Below, one piece after another: positions 1-9,960 of a stretch of DNA of 64,000 nucleotides. This DNA comes from a virus (lineage: Duplodnaviria; Heunggongvirae; Uroviricota; Caudoviricetes). The notes below the pieces were generated by a model. It ran no database searches. It was not told where the DNA came from and saw only the letters and a program-made list of their open reading frames with translations. Location: IMG/VR virus record IMGVR_UViG_3300001336_000001, positions 223,856 through 287,855 of that record. One strand, 5' to 3'. The translations under genes and the position numbers were made by a program. Numbering within the stretch: the stretch's first letter is position 1; each line of letters begins with the position of its first letter.

Positions 1-887
1 AGTACATTGTAACCCCACATATAAGTTTGGTCATATTTAATTGATTCTTGACCCAACTTAAGTGTTGAGTCTTTTCTATAAACCTTAGAATTTGGATTTA
101 AGGTTTTAACTATTGATTTAAAATCCACACTTAAACGTTCACACCTACGTTCAAAGAAGGGCCAGTCAAAATTTTCTGAGTTATAAGCAGTTATAACATC
201 TGGTTTAAGCTCGTCTACCCTCTTAAAAAATTCAATAATATTATTCTTTTCAGATTCACGTCTTTCCTTAGGTGTATCACCGATGGTTTCTAAAATAACT
301 TCATAACCAAGATTATCACGTATACCTATTTGAAAAATAGCATCTTTACTAGGGTCCAAACCATCAGTTTCTAAGTCAAATTGTAATCTATAAACATCGT
401 TATAATCCTCAAAACCTTTAAATAGGCGTTTACTACTTTGTATTAGAAATTGCTCAACTGGTGATAAAGCTAAAAATAAGTGTCTATATTTCTCATCCCA
501 TATATCAACCCCACCTTCCCTAAAATAAGCTATTAAACTGGAGTACCCATTAGTAGTGTGAGCTATTTTTTTATAACCATTAAACATTCTTTCAGGCATA
601 AAACCTTCAGAATCTGAAATTATTAAGTCCTTTACCTTGATACCGAATCTATTCTTAGCAGCGATTTGTCTACTAACACTACCACCATACAATATTTTTA
701 AGACATCCTCTTTAAACCAAATAAATGGTTTATATTTATGCCTCTCGATATATTTACCAGTTTCTGGATTGTTAATAACTAAATCAACGAAATTATCACC
801 ATATGTAGTCTCAATGGCTACAATATATTTTTGTGGGTCACGCCCCTCTAAGAATTTTTCGATTACATCAAAACTAACCTTACTCAT
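1..887 (-). CDS. Family B DNA polymerase, N-terminal/3'-5' exonuclease part (runs off left edge; absent from ORF track)
   Basis: Manual translation from ATG at 887 (MSKVSFDVIEKFLEGRDPQKYIVAIE...) gives ExoI 'RLQFDLETDGLDP' and ExoII 'TAYNSENFDWPF'; same frame is open at the window edge (...YDQTYMWGYNV). Confidence 0.85.
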   Translation of the reverse strand, partial: MSKVSFDVIEKFLEGRDPQKYIVAIETTYGDNFVDLVINNPETGKYIERHKYKPFIWFKEDVLKILYGGSVSRQIAAKNRFGIKVKDLIISDSEGFMPERMFNGYKKIAHTTNGYSSLIAYFREGGVDIWDEKYRHLFLALSPVEQFLIQSSKRLFKGFEDYNDVYRLQFDLETDGLDPSKDAIFQIGIRDNLGYEVILETIGDTPKERRESEKNNIIEFFKRVDELKPDVITAYNSENFDWPFFERRCERLSVDFKSIVKTLNPNSKVYRKDSTLKLGQESIKYDQTYMWGYNV

Positions 888-903
888 AATCTAATGTTTT
901 AGA

Positions 904-934
904 CAAAGATATTAAATAAGTGATAAGGTTTCAA
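904..934 (-). promoter_or_regulatory. Bacteroidota-type sigmaA promoter for polB (TTG-N20-TATCTTTG)
   Basis: Matches -33 TTG / -7 TAnnTTTG consensus, 17 nt upstream of the ATG. Confidence 0.75.
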
Positions 935-956
935 GAAATAAGATTAATTTATTTTT

Positions 957-979
957 TTAACCGTTTAACAAACGGTTAA
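957..979. repeat. 10-bp inverted repeat TTAACCGTTT-aac-AAACGGTTAA (terminator or operator)
   Basis: Perfect IR between ORF 1020-1388 and the polB promoter. Confidence 0.55.
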
Positions 980-1019
980 CAAAGTTACTAAAATTATTTT
1001 AATTAATCAACCAAACTGG

Positions 1020-1388
1020 TTATTTTTTTATACTACCATCTAATACGTGAATATACAACTCTTCTTTAATAGGGGCTATTAGCGTACCATAACCATCTAA
1101 AAACTCAATGGTAAATTGACCAACATACACACCTGGTTTAGAAGTTTCTTTATTTGTGAATTTATAACCTATATAATATTCATCATAACCACATTCGGAA
1201 TACTTAGGTATAATTAACCCTGGTTTACGACCAATTATTTTAGCACCACTCTTCAAATCATTCATACTAAAATATATGTTTGAATTTTGTATTTTTTCAT
1301 AAAAATTTTTAACATCATTTCTTCCATCTTGAATTAAGTCCAATTTCATTATTGGTAGTGTTGAATTATTATTTATAAAGAAGTCCAT
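1020..1388 (-). CDS. BppU-N-like small baseplate/virion protein
   Basis: 'FFINNNSTLP...YKFTNKETSKPGVYVGQFTIEFLDG..LIAP' pattern; structural neighbourhood. Confidence 0.55.
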   Translation of the reverse strand: MDFFINNNSTLPIMKLDLIQDGRNDVKNFYEKIQNSNIYFSMNDLKSGAKIIGRKPGLIIPKYSECGYDEYYIGYKFTNKETSKPGVYVGQFTIEFLDGYGTLIAPIKEELYIHVLDGSIKK

Positions 1389-1417
1389 TTTTTATTTTTT
1401 ATTTTTTTTGTTATTTA

Positions 1418-3115
1418 TTAGCAAATTACTGGGCATTTTTGTGATATATCAAAATAATTTAAATCACATATGTAGAATTTAAATTCACTTATTTCCCCAA
1501 CAAATGAACCCGCATAATTTTTTTCAATGTTCAAACCTAAATCACTGATATCTTGACCGTCAAAAGTCATGTGCTCTAATAACCCTTGACTACCACCACC
1601 AATACTAATATTATATGGCACTCCAACCTGTTTCATATAGTGGTCATCTAATCTTCTAGCAACAAACTCATCAACACCATTAAACACAGCTTTTAATTTA
1701 CAATCAACATAAATCATAAATTTACCCTTCCTTGCTGGCAAACATTTCAATTCATCTTCATTATATGTTCTATCTGATACATATCTTATTGTAACTCTAG
1801 TCCACTCATCTTCATTAATTAAACCTGGTTCAGAATATTGTTCTTCAACAGTAACACCAGTAATGTAAACATCATCAACACAATAACCAGTAAATTTTAA
1901 TGCTCTATATCCTATACCACCATCATCTTTAATCCTAAACCCTAAAGCGTTATCGATAATATCTAAATCTTTATCTAGTTCTAATATTAACTCACTATCA
2001 CCACTATAACTACAAACAGTTTCTTTACCGTAAGATGGGTCATCTTTTAAATCACCACATCTCGAATTACCACTTTTACTGGCCCTACCATATATCAAAA
2101 ATTGATTTCGTGTATCCGTCTTTTTACGCCTATATTCAGAAACAAAAATACTTGAACCAGTAAAACTACAAACACGTTCTTTACCATACGCAGCATTATC
2201 CCTTAAATCACCACATCTTGAATTCCCATCCTTACTAGCCCTACCATATATTAAAAATTGGTTTGTGATTTCTCTAATATCTAATAGTGGTGGGTTTAAA
2301 AAGAAACTAAAACCAGTCTCTGGGTCAACTAATTCAATATCACTTTCCTTCAATTCAGTACAGAAATTAGTGATAATATCACCACAACCTTCTGGTTGTT
2401 CACAACTAATGGTACAACCAGTGTTATTACCCTCAAAAATGTTCCAAAATTTATTTTCAGCCCTAGTACCCAAATAAAAGAAAAACCCTTTATTATCTGG
2501 GTATACATCATTCAGTGTTGTACCTGTTTCACCAGAACAAACTAAACCTTTTTTAAGATAAAAATCAGAAACCCAACCCCTAGGTGTTCTATTTGGTAAA
2601 ACCTCGTAAGTATAACCATCTAGTTTATAATAACCTTGATAAAACCCACCACATAATTTAGCAACATTAACATCAAGGGTATTACTTTGAGAGATTTCTA
2701 AAGGGTATATATATTGACCAGTTGACCCACTAACTTTATGCAAAAACAATGATGTTTCATTAGGTGGTATTGTCAAAGTCACCCCTGTTAAAATATTAAC
2801 AAGATTTTCATTTTTAACATCTAACGGGTCTTTATTGTATAATAACTGCCCATTATCCAATCCAACCAACCCAAAGGTTTCAAAGTTGTAACCAGTATTT
2901 ACAGCTTTGTTCCAACTAACTAATGATTTTATTGTCTTATCACTACCCTCTTCGAAGAATATATTATCATCATTGAAATCATACCAAACAACAAAACAAT
3001 CCCCACTTAATCTATTATTAAGACCAAACCCTAAATCATCATAATTTAAGTATAAATCATAATACTCACTATTTGATAATTTTAAATCGAATTGTCTATT
3101 ATTTTTATTGAACAT
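1418..3115 (-). CDS. Cys-rich virion structural protein, ConA/LamG-like C-terminus, internal 52-aa duplication
   Basis: 565 aa; two copies of NQFLIYGRASKxGNSRCGDL..YGKExVCS; C-terminal 'SFVGEISEFKFY'. Confidence 0.55.
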   Translation of the reverse strand: MFNKNNRQFDLKLSNSEYYDLYLNYDDLGFGLNNRLSGDCFVVWYDFNDDNIFFEEGSDKTIKSLVSWNKAVNTGYNFETFGLVGLDNGQLLYNKDPLDVKNENLVNILTGVTLTIPPNETSLFLHKVSGSTGQYIYPLEISQSNTLDVNVAKLCGGFYQGYYKLDGYTYEVLPNRTPRGWVSDFYLKKGLVCSGETGTTLNDVYPDNKGFFFYLGTRAENKFWNIFEGNNTGCTISCEQPEGCGDIITNFCTELKESDIELVDPETGFSFFLNPPLLDIREITNQFLIYGRASKDGNSRCGDLRDNAAYGKERVCSFTGSSIFVSEYRRKKTDTRNQFLIYGRASKSGNSRCGDLKDDPSYGKETVCSYSGDSELILELDKDLDIIDNALGFRIKDDGGIGYRALKFTGYCVDDVYITGVTVEEQYSEPGLINEDEWTRVTIRYVSDRTYNEDELKCLPARKGKFMIYVDCKLKAVFNGVDEFVARRLDDHYMKQVGVPYNISIGGGSQGLLEHMTFDGQDISDLGLNIEKNYAGSFVGEISEFKFYICDLNYFDISQKCPVIC

Positions 3116-3121
3116 ATTTTA

Positions 3122-4690
3122 TTATTTTAAATTTCCTATTATATATACCTTTAACCCAGCAGCACCTGTACCAGCCGAATTGATATCCACAGTTATCTTA
3201 TCATCCTCATCAATACCAAAACTCAACCCTGTCTGTGTTGCAACAGTGTTTGCTGAGGTTATATTTATTGGTGATGTTAATATGCTTGTACCATTTGCAT
3301 TAACATCGATTATAGTTGTTGTTGAACCACTTTGTGTCAATGATACTTTAACACTTGACACAACAATATCTCTTGGTGATACTAAGGTAACTTTAGATAC
3401 GCCAGTTGTGATTTGTGTGGTCTCATCAGATACGACAATTAATAAATCGTATGGTATATTATTGGTGATACCAGTTATTTCAATTGTACCACTTCCAGAT
3501 TCCAATGTGATTGTTCCACCACTTGCATTTGATAATGAGGCACCAGTTATTACATTGTTATCAACATATGCTTTATCTACCAAACTTCTATCAACAAAGT
3601 TTGCTGAATAATCAGCATTGTATTGTACGCCATTGAATCCAACAGCATCAGATTGTGCTATTATAGCACCATTAGTAACTCTAAACGCAGTCCTATCACC
3701 ACTCACCACACCATCGTAGTAGTTTAATGATATATCATTACTATTTGCTAATAAAACATTGCTAAATTCATTTGAAACGGTTCTAATATAACCAAGTAAT
3801 GTTTGAGGTTGTGTGTATTGTGTGAATGTTATTGAACTATCACTTATAACACCATTTGTTATATTTGAAGTTGAATCTCCAGTTATATTTAAAGTGGAGT
3901 TAACCAATGACACATCTCTAATTGTCCCAGTTATTGAACCATTTGAATTATATATATTATCACCAGATAAAACTCCACTTAAATCAACACTATATGCATT
4001 TGTAATATCATTCCTATCAAACTCTATTGTATTACCATTTAATGTAGCTCCAGTTGTGAATGTATCACCACTAGTTGAACCAGAATTTGGCACCCAACCA
4101 CACATACCCTCAGAATTTATCGCACCTAAAACATAACCAACTTGAGCACCTCTACTAACAATTAACCTATCAGTTCTTAATATTTCAGTATTATCAACCC
4201 AAATAGTTCTACCAGTAAAATCTAATGTATCTGCACTAAAAATGTAAAAATCTGATGACACTTGACCAGTATAATTACCTGGTGTTGTTTCAATCATAGA
4301 AACAACATATAAATTATCAACTTCAACACCACTATAGGACAAATTAACTAAATTACCATCTATTAGTGTTGAACTACTAGAATCAAAAACAATATTAGTT
4401 GATTGTGTTAAACCACTATTCGATGGTATTATTGGTGTTATACTTGAATCAATAATAGAAACATCAACTGGTGTTGTCCAGTTAAACTCAGTAGACACAC
4501 TATTCCCACTAAAATCCGATATAACCCCGATATATTGTGATATCTGCTGTGCAGACGATAAATCAGGCCCATAAGTTAGTACACTAAATGGTAAACCAAA
4601 AGTCGTACCACCAGACAAAGTGGTGTTAGTTTTTTCATTTTGTTTAATCTGTCTGTTATCAGAATAGTCTAATTTAGTTCTAAAAGCCAT
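3122..4690 (-). CDS. Tail fiber/baseplate-like Ser/Thr/Gly-rich structural protein (start revised to ATG 4690, MAFRTKLDY)
   Basis: Composition; 'LVDKAYVD' fiber motif. The track's extension to 4885 overlaps the divergent gene and its promoter. Confidence 0.6.
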   Translation of the reverse strand: MAFRTKLDYSDNRQIKQNEKTNTTLSGGTTFGLPFSVLTYGPDLSSAQQISQYIGVISDFSGNSVSTEFNWTTPVDVSIIDSSITPIIPSNSGLTQSTNIVFDSSSSTLIDGNLVNLSYSGVEVDNLYVVSMIETTPGNYTGQVSSDFYIFSADTLDFTGRTIWVDNTEILRTDRLIVSRGAQVGYVLGAINSEGMCGWVPNSGSTSGDTFTTGATLNGNTIEFDRNDITNAYSVDLSGVLSGDNIYNSNGSITGTIRDVSLVNSTLNITGDSTSNITNGVISDSSITFTQYTQPQTLLGYIRTVSNEFSNVLLANSNDISLNYYDGVVSGDRTAFRVTNGAIIAQSDAVGFNGVQYNADYSANFVDRSLVDKAYVDNNVITGASLSNASGGTITLESGSGTIEITGITNNIPYDLLIVVSDETTQITTGVSKVTLVSPRDIVVSSVKVSLTQSGSTTTIIDVNANGTSILTSPINITSANTVATQTGLSFGIDEDDKITVDINSAGTGAAGLKVYIIGNLK

Positions 4691-4692
4691 AT

Positions 4693-4754
4693 TAAATATA
4701 TTTTTATTATAAATATTAATACATTTCAATATATTTATAATAAAAATATATTTA
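4693..4754. promoter_or_regulatory. Back-to-back ATATTTATA late-promoter motifs in a perfect 24-bp inverted repeat
   Basis: 4693-4716 is the exact reverse complement of 4731-4754; the arms face divergent genes starting at 4690 and 4754. Confidence 0.7.
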
Positions 4755-5245
4755 TGAAGTTTAAAAAGGAATTTTTCGAAAAACATAAACCAATATCCAA
4801 CCAAGAAACAAACTTGGATGAATTGGTTGATGTTAATGGTGGTGAAATTTCTGGGGACTATAAGCCAGGTTATAAACAAATACAAACTGGTCCAGTACCC
4901 AAATCTTTTGATGATACATCTGATTATGAAAAGGGTATATCAACAACCACTGATGATTGGGCACAATACGCAAACCCAAGGAGTTGGTGGTCGCTTTATT
5001 ATGGTTATGGTGGAACACCATATAGTCACGGTAAAAGACCAATATCTGAAACTAAAGATAAAATAAAGGATATGCTTGAAAACATTGTTGATAAACAAAA
5101 TTTAGAAGATATAGTTGAAAAAACTGATGATACCGATATGGCAATACTAAAAAGGATTGAGGATTTGGTTAAAAAAACTAAAGAATTATCAAAAAGTGAA
5201 AAAAGTAAAATAATAAACATAATAAACGACTCAAACGAAAACTAA
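4754..5245 (+). CDS. Hypothetical protein, putative head-associated
   Basis: 163-aa ORF; MKFKKEFFE leader; ISE/LDE motifs. Confidence 0.6.
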   Translation: MKFKKEFFEKHKPISNQETNLDELVDVNGGEISGDYKPGYKQIQTGPVPKSFDDTSDYEKGISTTTDDWAQYANPRSWWSLYYGYGGTPYSHGKRPISETKDKIKDMLENIVDKQNLEDIVEKTDDTDMAILKRIEDLVKKTKELSKSEKSKIINIINDSNEN

Positions 5246-5658
5246 TGCCTAATTTAGATTTGAATAATAAAGGTAAGGAGTTTATTGTTGATGATAAATA
5301 CAAAAACTTTTTTAAAACAGAAAGAGTTTCATACTCAACATTAACCAGTAGAAAGAGTAGTTTAGAAAATAAAAATAATTTAACCAATGAAGAATGGGGG
5401 TTATTAGATTGGATTAATAAAAAATTAAAAACTGAGATACAAAAAAATGAAGGCCCTAAACGAGCTAGGTTGAATATAGGCGCCGAAGGTACTAAACGAG
5501 GTGTAAATGGTGGAAATAATTTTAAAAACAGAACACCTAACGATACTGATAACAACAATGTTGGGTCAGTTGGTGAAATTGTTAAAATTAACGAGGAAAT
5601 AAATTCTATTAAATATTTAATAGAGTATATGGATAATAATAAAACAAAAAATTTATAA
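5245..5658 (+). CDS. Hypothetical protein
   Basis: 137-aa ORF coupled to upstream gene; 'KINEEI' motif. Confidence 0.6.
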   Translation: MPNLDLNNKGKEFIVDDKYKNFFKTERVSYSTLTSRKSSLENKNNLTNEEWGLLDWINKKLKTEIQKNEGPKRARLNIGAEGTKRGVNGGNNFKNRTPNDTDNNNVGSVGEIVKINEEINSIKYLIEYMDNNKTKNL

Positions 5659-5660
5659 TT

Positions 5661-5996
5661 ATGTCAAATAAATTAGAAGAAGCAGCTGTCAATACGAGGT
5701 CAACTTTGATAGCGATTAATAACTACAATAGTGCTGATGATGCAAATAATTATGGTGCAACACACACTAGGGCTCTTAGTGATGAAACAACACCTGTTTA
5801 TGGTAAAGGTACTGGGGTATTCTTAGATACATACAATGGTGGTGGTAGCTTAGATGTATTCGGTGTACCATCACAAGGTGGTTCTGGTAGATTAGCGGCT
5901 ATAGCCAACAACGGCTCAACATGGGGTTACACACCAAATTCATATTACACAACACCAGACACATCAGGTAATGTTGGTCAAGTAACATTTGGATAA
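5661..5996 (+). CDS. Small Gly-rich putative virion protein
   Basis: 111-aa ORF in late operon. Confidence 0.55.
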   Translation: MSNKLEEAAVNTRSTLIAINNYNSADDANNYGATHTRALSDETTPVYGKGTGVFLDTYNGGGSLDVFGVPSQGGSGRLAAIANNGSTWGYTPNSYYTTPDTSGNVGQVTFG

Positions 5997-6007
5997 AAAA
6001 TTTTTAT

Positions 6008-6433
6008 ATGAAACTTTACAATATTTTTCAAGAGATTATATTAGAAGAACAAAAACACCTCCTAGTCGAGGGTGTCTTGGAAGATATTAAAAAAGCTATG
6101 GAGGGTAGTTATGATATTTGGTTAAAATACAAAACACCAAATGGTACCGTGACAGACCGATACATAGAACTAGATAAGATGGGAACATCATTAGCTGGTA
6201 ATTCAGTAGTTAGACTCTACCAAAAAGGTGGTCAAACAACTGGTAAAAATAATTATGGTTGGAAAATGTTTAGGTTGGATAGGATAGTTCCAGGCTCAAT
6301 AAGACCAACAAATAAAACAAATTATAGGTCGGTTGGTGAAATACCTTCATACACTGGACCTAAATATAATAAAACGGGTGATAAACTAATGAAGGGTGTT
6401 ATCACTAAAGCAAATTATAAATATAAAGAATAA
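6008..6433 (+). CDS. Stand-alone WYL-domain protein with N-terminal leader
   Basis: 'YKTPNGTVTDRYIE' and 'GWKMFRLDRI' are WYL-domain signatures. Confidence 0.7.
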   Translation: MKLYNIFQEIILEEQKHLLVEGVLEDIKKAMEGSYDIWLKYKTPNGTVTDRYIELDKMGTSLAGNSVVRLYQKGGQTTGKNNYGWKMFRLDRIVPGSIRPTNKTNYRSVGEIPSYTGPKYNKTGDKLMKGVITKANYKYKE

Positions 6434-6436
6434 ATT

Positions 6437-6985
6437 ATGGATACACCAAAACCGATAGATGTTAATATGCTTAAGGGTATATTGGGTAACGCAAAAAAAA
6501 TAATGAACAAAGTTGACACTGGTGACTACACTACTGGTAATGTAGACGGTAGAGCACTAAGTGAAGACGGGGTTAAACAATTACAAGCCGAAGGTGTTAA
6601 AAGACCAACGAAACAAACGGGTTATAATGAAAATAGAGTTAAACAATCAAGGTTACCTGAATCAGTTAAAAAAATGATGATTGAAAATCCAATACCACAA
6701 CCATCAGGACTTAATCACACATTCAATTTAGAAGATGTTTATGATGAGCATGATGAAAAACCATTACCAATACCACAACCTAGAACAAGAGCGGTTAATG
6801 AACAATACCAACAACAACAACAATTTGGTGGGTATAGTGAAAATGTTCTAAGAGCTATGATGAAAGATGTTTTAATTGAATATCTAACTAATGATTACTC
6901 TAAAAATTTAACTGAAAATGTTATAAAACAAACTATAAATACTTTAATTAAAGAAGGTAAAATAACAACAAAGAAAAGAGTTTAA
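6437..6985 (+). CDS. Hypothetical protein
   Basis: 182-aa ORF; 'SRLPESVKKMMIENPI'; VNE/LTE motifs. Confidence 0.6.
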   Translation: MDTPKPIDVNMLKGILGNAKKIMNKVDTGDYTTGNVDGRALSEDGVKQLQAEGVKRPTKQTGYNENRVKQSRLPESVKKMMIENPIPQPSGLNHTFNLEDVYDEHDEKPLPIPQPRTRAVNEQYQQQQQFGGYSENVLRAMMKDVLIEYLTNDYSKNLTENVIKQTINTLIKEGKITTKKRV

Positions 6986-7034
6986 AAAAAAATGATTTTA
7001 TGAACTATTAGTACATAAAACCCAATTAAAATAA

Positions 7035-7074
7035 AAAAAAAGGAATATTATATTAATATAATATTCCTTTTTTT
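7035..7074. terminator. 40-bp perfect palindrome, probable bidirectional intrinsic terminator
   Basis: A7-GGAATATTATATT|AATATAATATTCC-T7 at the end of the operon. Confidence 0.75.
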
Positions 7075-7075
7075 A

Positions 7076-7104
7076 TTTACTATCAATTGTGTTATGATTA
7101 TTAT
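7076..7104 (+). promoter_or_regulatory. sigma70-like promoter TTTACT-N17-TATTAT
   Basis: Same architecture at 16642-16670 and 18613-18641. Confidence 0.55.
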
Positions 7105-7128
7105 TATACCTAATAAATAATTTATAAC

Positions 7129-8379
7129 ATGAGTTCAAATAGAAAAATCAAAGTTTTAGTAGTACCTTCAGACGGTACTGGTGTAGGGGCTTACAGGTCA
7201 ATAAATCCACATATAGGTCTTGAAAAATATTATCAAGATGAATTTCATATAGACATCAATAATGACCCAAATTTAAATGATGATGAATATATTAAAAAAT
7301 ACGATATAATTCACTATCACCGAACACTAGGTCCATACGAATCACATGACAAAATAGTTGACAAAATAGAAAAACTTGGTGTAGTACCAATTATGGATAT
7401 TGATGATTATTGGTCACCAGGTAAACACCATCCAGCTTATTTGATGATTAAAAACGCCAAGATGGATGAAAAAATTTTGAATAATGTTAAAGGTGCCAAA
7501 TACATAACAACCACAACCGAATTATTTGCTGACGAAATTAGAAAATTTAATAAAAATGTTTTTGTGTTACCAAATGCGATAAATACAGAAGACCAACAAT
7601 TTATACCAAAACCAGAAAAATCAGACAGAGTTAGAATTGGTTGGCTTGGAGGGAGCTCACATCTTGAAGATTTAAAACTATTAAGTGGTTTGGTTAGTAA
7701 ATTAAAATCTGATAAACTTTTAGATAGAGTACAATTTGTATTATGTGGTTTCGACTTAAGAGGTACTATGACAATGATTGACCCAAAAACTGGACAAAAA
7801 ACTCAAAGACCAATAAAACCAAAAGAAAGTGTTTGGTACAAATATGAACAAATATTTACTGATGACTACAAATCAGTTAGTGAAGACTATAAAAAATTCT
7901 TGTTAGATTTTAAAAAGGAAGAGTACCCAAATGTTATGGATGAACCATATCGCAGAGTGTGGACCAAACCAGTTAGTACATACGCAACTAATTATAATTT
8001 ATTTGACATTTCATTGGCACCATTGGTTAATAATAAGTTTAATTTGATGAAATCACAATTAAAGGTAATTGAATCTGGTTTCCATAAAAAAGCTTTAATT
8101 ACCCAAGACTTTGGACCATACCGAATTGATTTAGTTAACGCAAATATTAGACCAAGTAAAGGTGAATCAACCATACCCTTTAATACTGAAGCCAATGCTT
8201 ATATGGTATCTAATGACAATAAACAATGGTACCAATTTATTAAACGATTGATTAATAACCCAGAACAAATAAACATATTGGGTGAAAATCTTTATAATAC
8301 AGTTAAAGATACCTATAGTATTGAAGCGGTTTCAAAACATAGGAGAGGTTTGTATCTATCATTATTAAATAAACAATAA
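7129..8379 (+). CDS. GT-B fold (GT4-like) glycosyltransferase
   Basis: 'MDIDDYW', 'IGWLGGSSHLEDL', 'DISLAPLVNNKFNLMKSQLKVIE'. Confidence 0.85.
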   Translation: MSSNRKIKVLVVPSDGTGVGAYRSINPHIGLEKYYQDEFHIDINNDPNLNDDEYIKKYDIIHYHRTLGPYESHDKIVDKIEKLGVVPIMDIDDYWSPGKHHPAYLMIKNAKMDEKILNNVKGAKYITTTTELFADEIRKFNKNVFVLPNAINTEDQQFIPKPEKSDRVRIGWLGGSSHLEDLKLLSGLVSKLKSDKLLDRVQFVLCGFDLRGTMTMIDPKTGQKTQRPIKPKESVWYKYEQIFTDDYKSVSEDYKKFLLDFKKEEYPNVMDEPYRRVWTKPVSTYATNYNLFDISLAPLVNNKFNLMKSQLKVIESGFHKKALITQDFGPYRIDLVNANIRPSKGESTIPFNTEANAYMVSNDNKQWYQFIKRLINNPEQINILGENLYNTVKDTYSIEAVSKHRRGLYLSLLNKQ

Positions 8380-8386
8380 AAAAATT

Positions 8387-8977
8387 ATGGCTAAAAAAAC
8401 TAACATTAAAAACGATGCTTTGGACGCTTTAATAGGTAAAAGTGTTGCTAATAATAAAAATTACGAAAAAGAGGTTGGTAAAAAAGTTAAAAAATTAAGT
8501 AAACAAATGAAAAAAGATAAGGATAAAATGTTGCTCTTAATGGGTGTTAAACCAAAGTGTGAAGAAAAATTAAGTTTCTTTACAAGAATAAAAATATGGT
8601 TTTCAACACTCTTGTTTAAAGTTAAAAATAGAAAAAAACTTAAACGTGCGTCAACTTTGATTAACTATGACCCAAACCAAGGTAGGAATAACATACCAGT
8701 AGAGTTATTAATTAAAATGAGGGAGTCTTTTAATGTAAACGTGGGTGAGTTTAACCATAGTACAGATATTGAAATGGTTGACGTTATAGGTGTAAAACCC
8801 GCAACGTTAAATAATGACTTTTTTGAAGAATTATTAGACACCGATAATTCAGATTTAACTTGTGTGGATGAATATGAAAATAAAGAACGAATTAAAATTT
8901 TGAAGATAAAAGAAACAGCAAAGGCTTCAAAATCATTAAAAAATATTGAAAATAAAATTAATAATGGTAGTATTTAG
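8387..8977 (+). CDS. Hypothetical protein
   Basis: 196-aa ORF in operon. Confidence 0.55.
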   Translation: MAKKTNIKNDALDALIGKSVANNKNYEKEVGKKVKKLSKQMKKDKDKMLLLMGVKPKCEEKLSFFTRIKIWFSTLLFKVKNRKKLKRASTLINYDPNQGRNNIPVELLIKMRESFNVNVGEFNHSTDIEMVDVIGVKPATLNNDFFEELLDTDNSDLTCVDEYENKERIKILKIKETAKASKSLKNIENKINNGSI

Positions 8978-9083
8978 TGGGTTATTCGGAGCATTCCAAT
9001 ATACAATAAATGAAAAAGGGTTATTCGGTGTTTGTTTTTTTGACAAAATAATGATAACAAAAGATGGGTTTGGAGTATTATGA
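8964..9083 (+). CDS. Possible 39-aa peptide (MVVFSGLFGAFQYTINEKGLFGVCFFDKIMITKDGFGVL)
   Basis: Fills the gap exactly and ends in an ATGA overlap with the 9080 gene. Confidence 0.4.
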   Translation: MVVFSGLFGAFQYTINEKGLFGVCFFDKIMITKDGFGVL

Positions 9084-9883
9084 ACGAAATTGGTATAATT
9101 GGTTATGGTTTTGTGGGTAAAGCAACTGCCGAATTAAAATCGGTGGTTAATATTAATGTGTATGACCCAATCTACTCAGATTTTAACAAGAAAGAATCAC
9201 TAAAAAAAGCATACACCTCAGACATCGTAATCTGTTGTGTACCCACACCACAAGATGATGATGGGTTAATAGACTTATCAATTCTTGATGAATCTATAAA
9301 AACATGGGTTGATTTTGGTATGGTTGGTGTTTTCACTATTAAGTCAACAATCCCATGTGGTACAGTTGATTATTATAATGGAAAATACAATACAAACAAA
9401 ATTATACACAACCCAGAGTTTTTAACTGAAAGAACACACATAGAAGATTTCTTAAACCCAACTGACGTTGTTATAGGTGGTGACCCGATACATTGTAATG
9501 GTCTGTACAAGGTATATAAATTATTCTATTCTGATTTGGATATTGATATTAATATTTGTACAGCAAAAGAAGCTGAGTTATTAAAAACTGTTAGAAATAG
9601 TTTTTATGCAACAAAAGTTATATTCATGAATGAAATTTATACATTATGTTCCGAACTAGGTGTTAATTATGAAGAATATCAAAAAATATTAACAAATAAT
9701 GGTAAACACCCATGGTGGGGTCCACAACATACAGAGGTTCCTGGTCACGATGGTAAGTTTGGTTATGGTGGTAAATGCTTTCCAAAGGATGTTTCTGGAT
9801 TATATAACTTAGCACTACAACATGGTGTTGAATTGAGTGTCTTAAAAGCAGCTAAAGATAAAAATAGCATTATTAGGGAATAA
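9080..9883 (+). CDS. ugd: UDP-glucose/GDP-mannose dehydrogenase family protein (short form lacking the C-terminal domain)
   Basis: GxGxxG 'GYGFVG', 'CVPTP', 'KSTIP', 'NPEFL', catalytic 'GYGGKCFPKD'. Confidence 0.85.
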   Translation: MNEIGIIGYGFVGKATAELKSVVNINVYDPIYSDFNKKESLKKAYTSDIVICCVPTPQDDDGLIDLSILDESIKTWVDFGMVGVFTIKSTIPCGTVDYYNGKYNTNKIIHNPEFLTERTHIEDFLNPTDVVIGGDPIHCNGLYKVYKLFYSDLDIDINICTAKEAELLKTVRNSFYATKVIFMNEIYTLCSELGVNYEEYQKILTNNGKHPWWGPQHTEVPGHDGKFGYGGKCFPKDVSGLYNLALQHGVELSVLKAAKDKNSIIRE

Positions 9884-9896
9884 TAAAAATAATATC

Positions 9897-9927
9897 TTGA
9901 AATGTTTTAAATTTATTAGTATATTTG
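9897..9927 (+). promoter_or_regulatory. Bacteroidota-type promoter TTG-N20-TATATTTG
   Basis: Consensus match upstream of ATG 9961. Confidence 0.7.
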
Positions 9928-9960
9928 CCACATAACATAATAAATTTAAAATCAAAAAAA

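Noticed and set aside
637-894. Plus-strand 85-aa ORF and the many other antisense ORFs in the track (e.g. 3108-3611, 36109-36468, 37273-37779, 51428-51901)
   Set aside because: Shadows opposite well-supported genes, with no recognisable motifs.
7035-7074. Hairpin telomere or origin at the 40-bp palindrome
   Set aside because: Position at the end of an operon with A/U tracts is adequately explained by an intrinsic terminator; no protelomerase seen.
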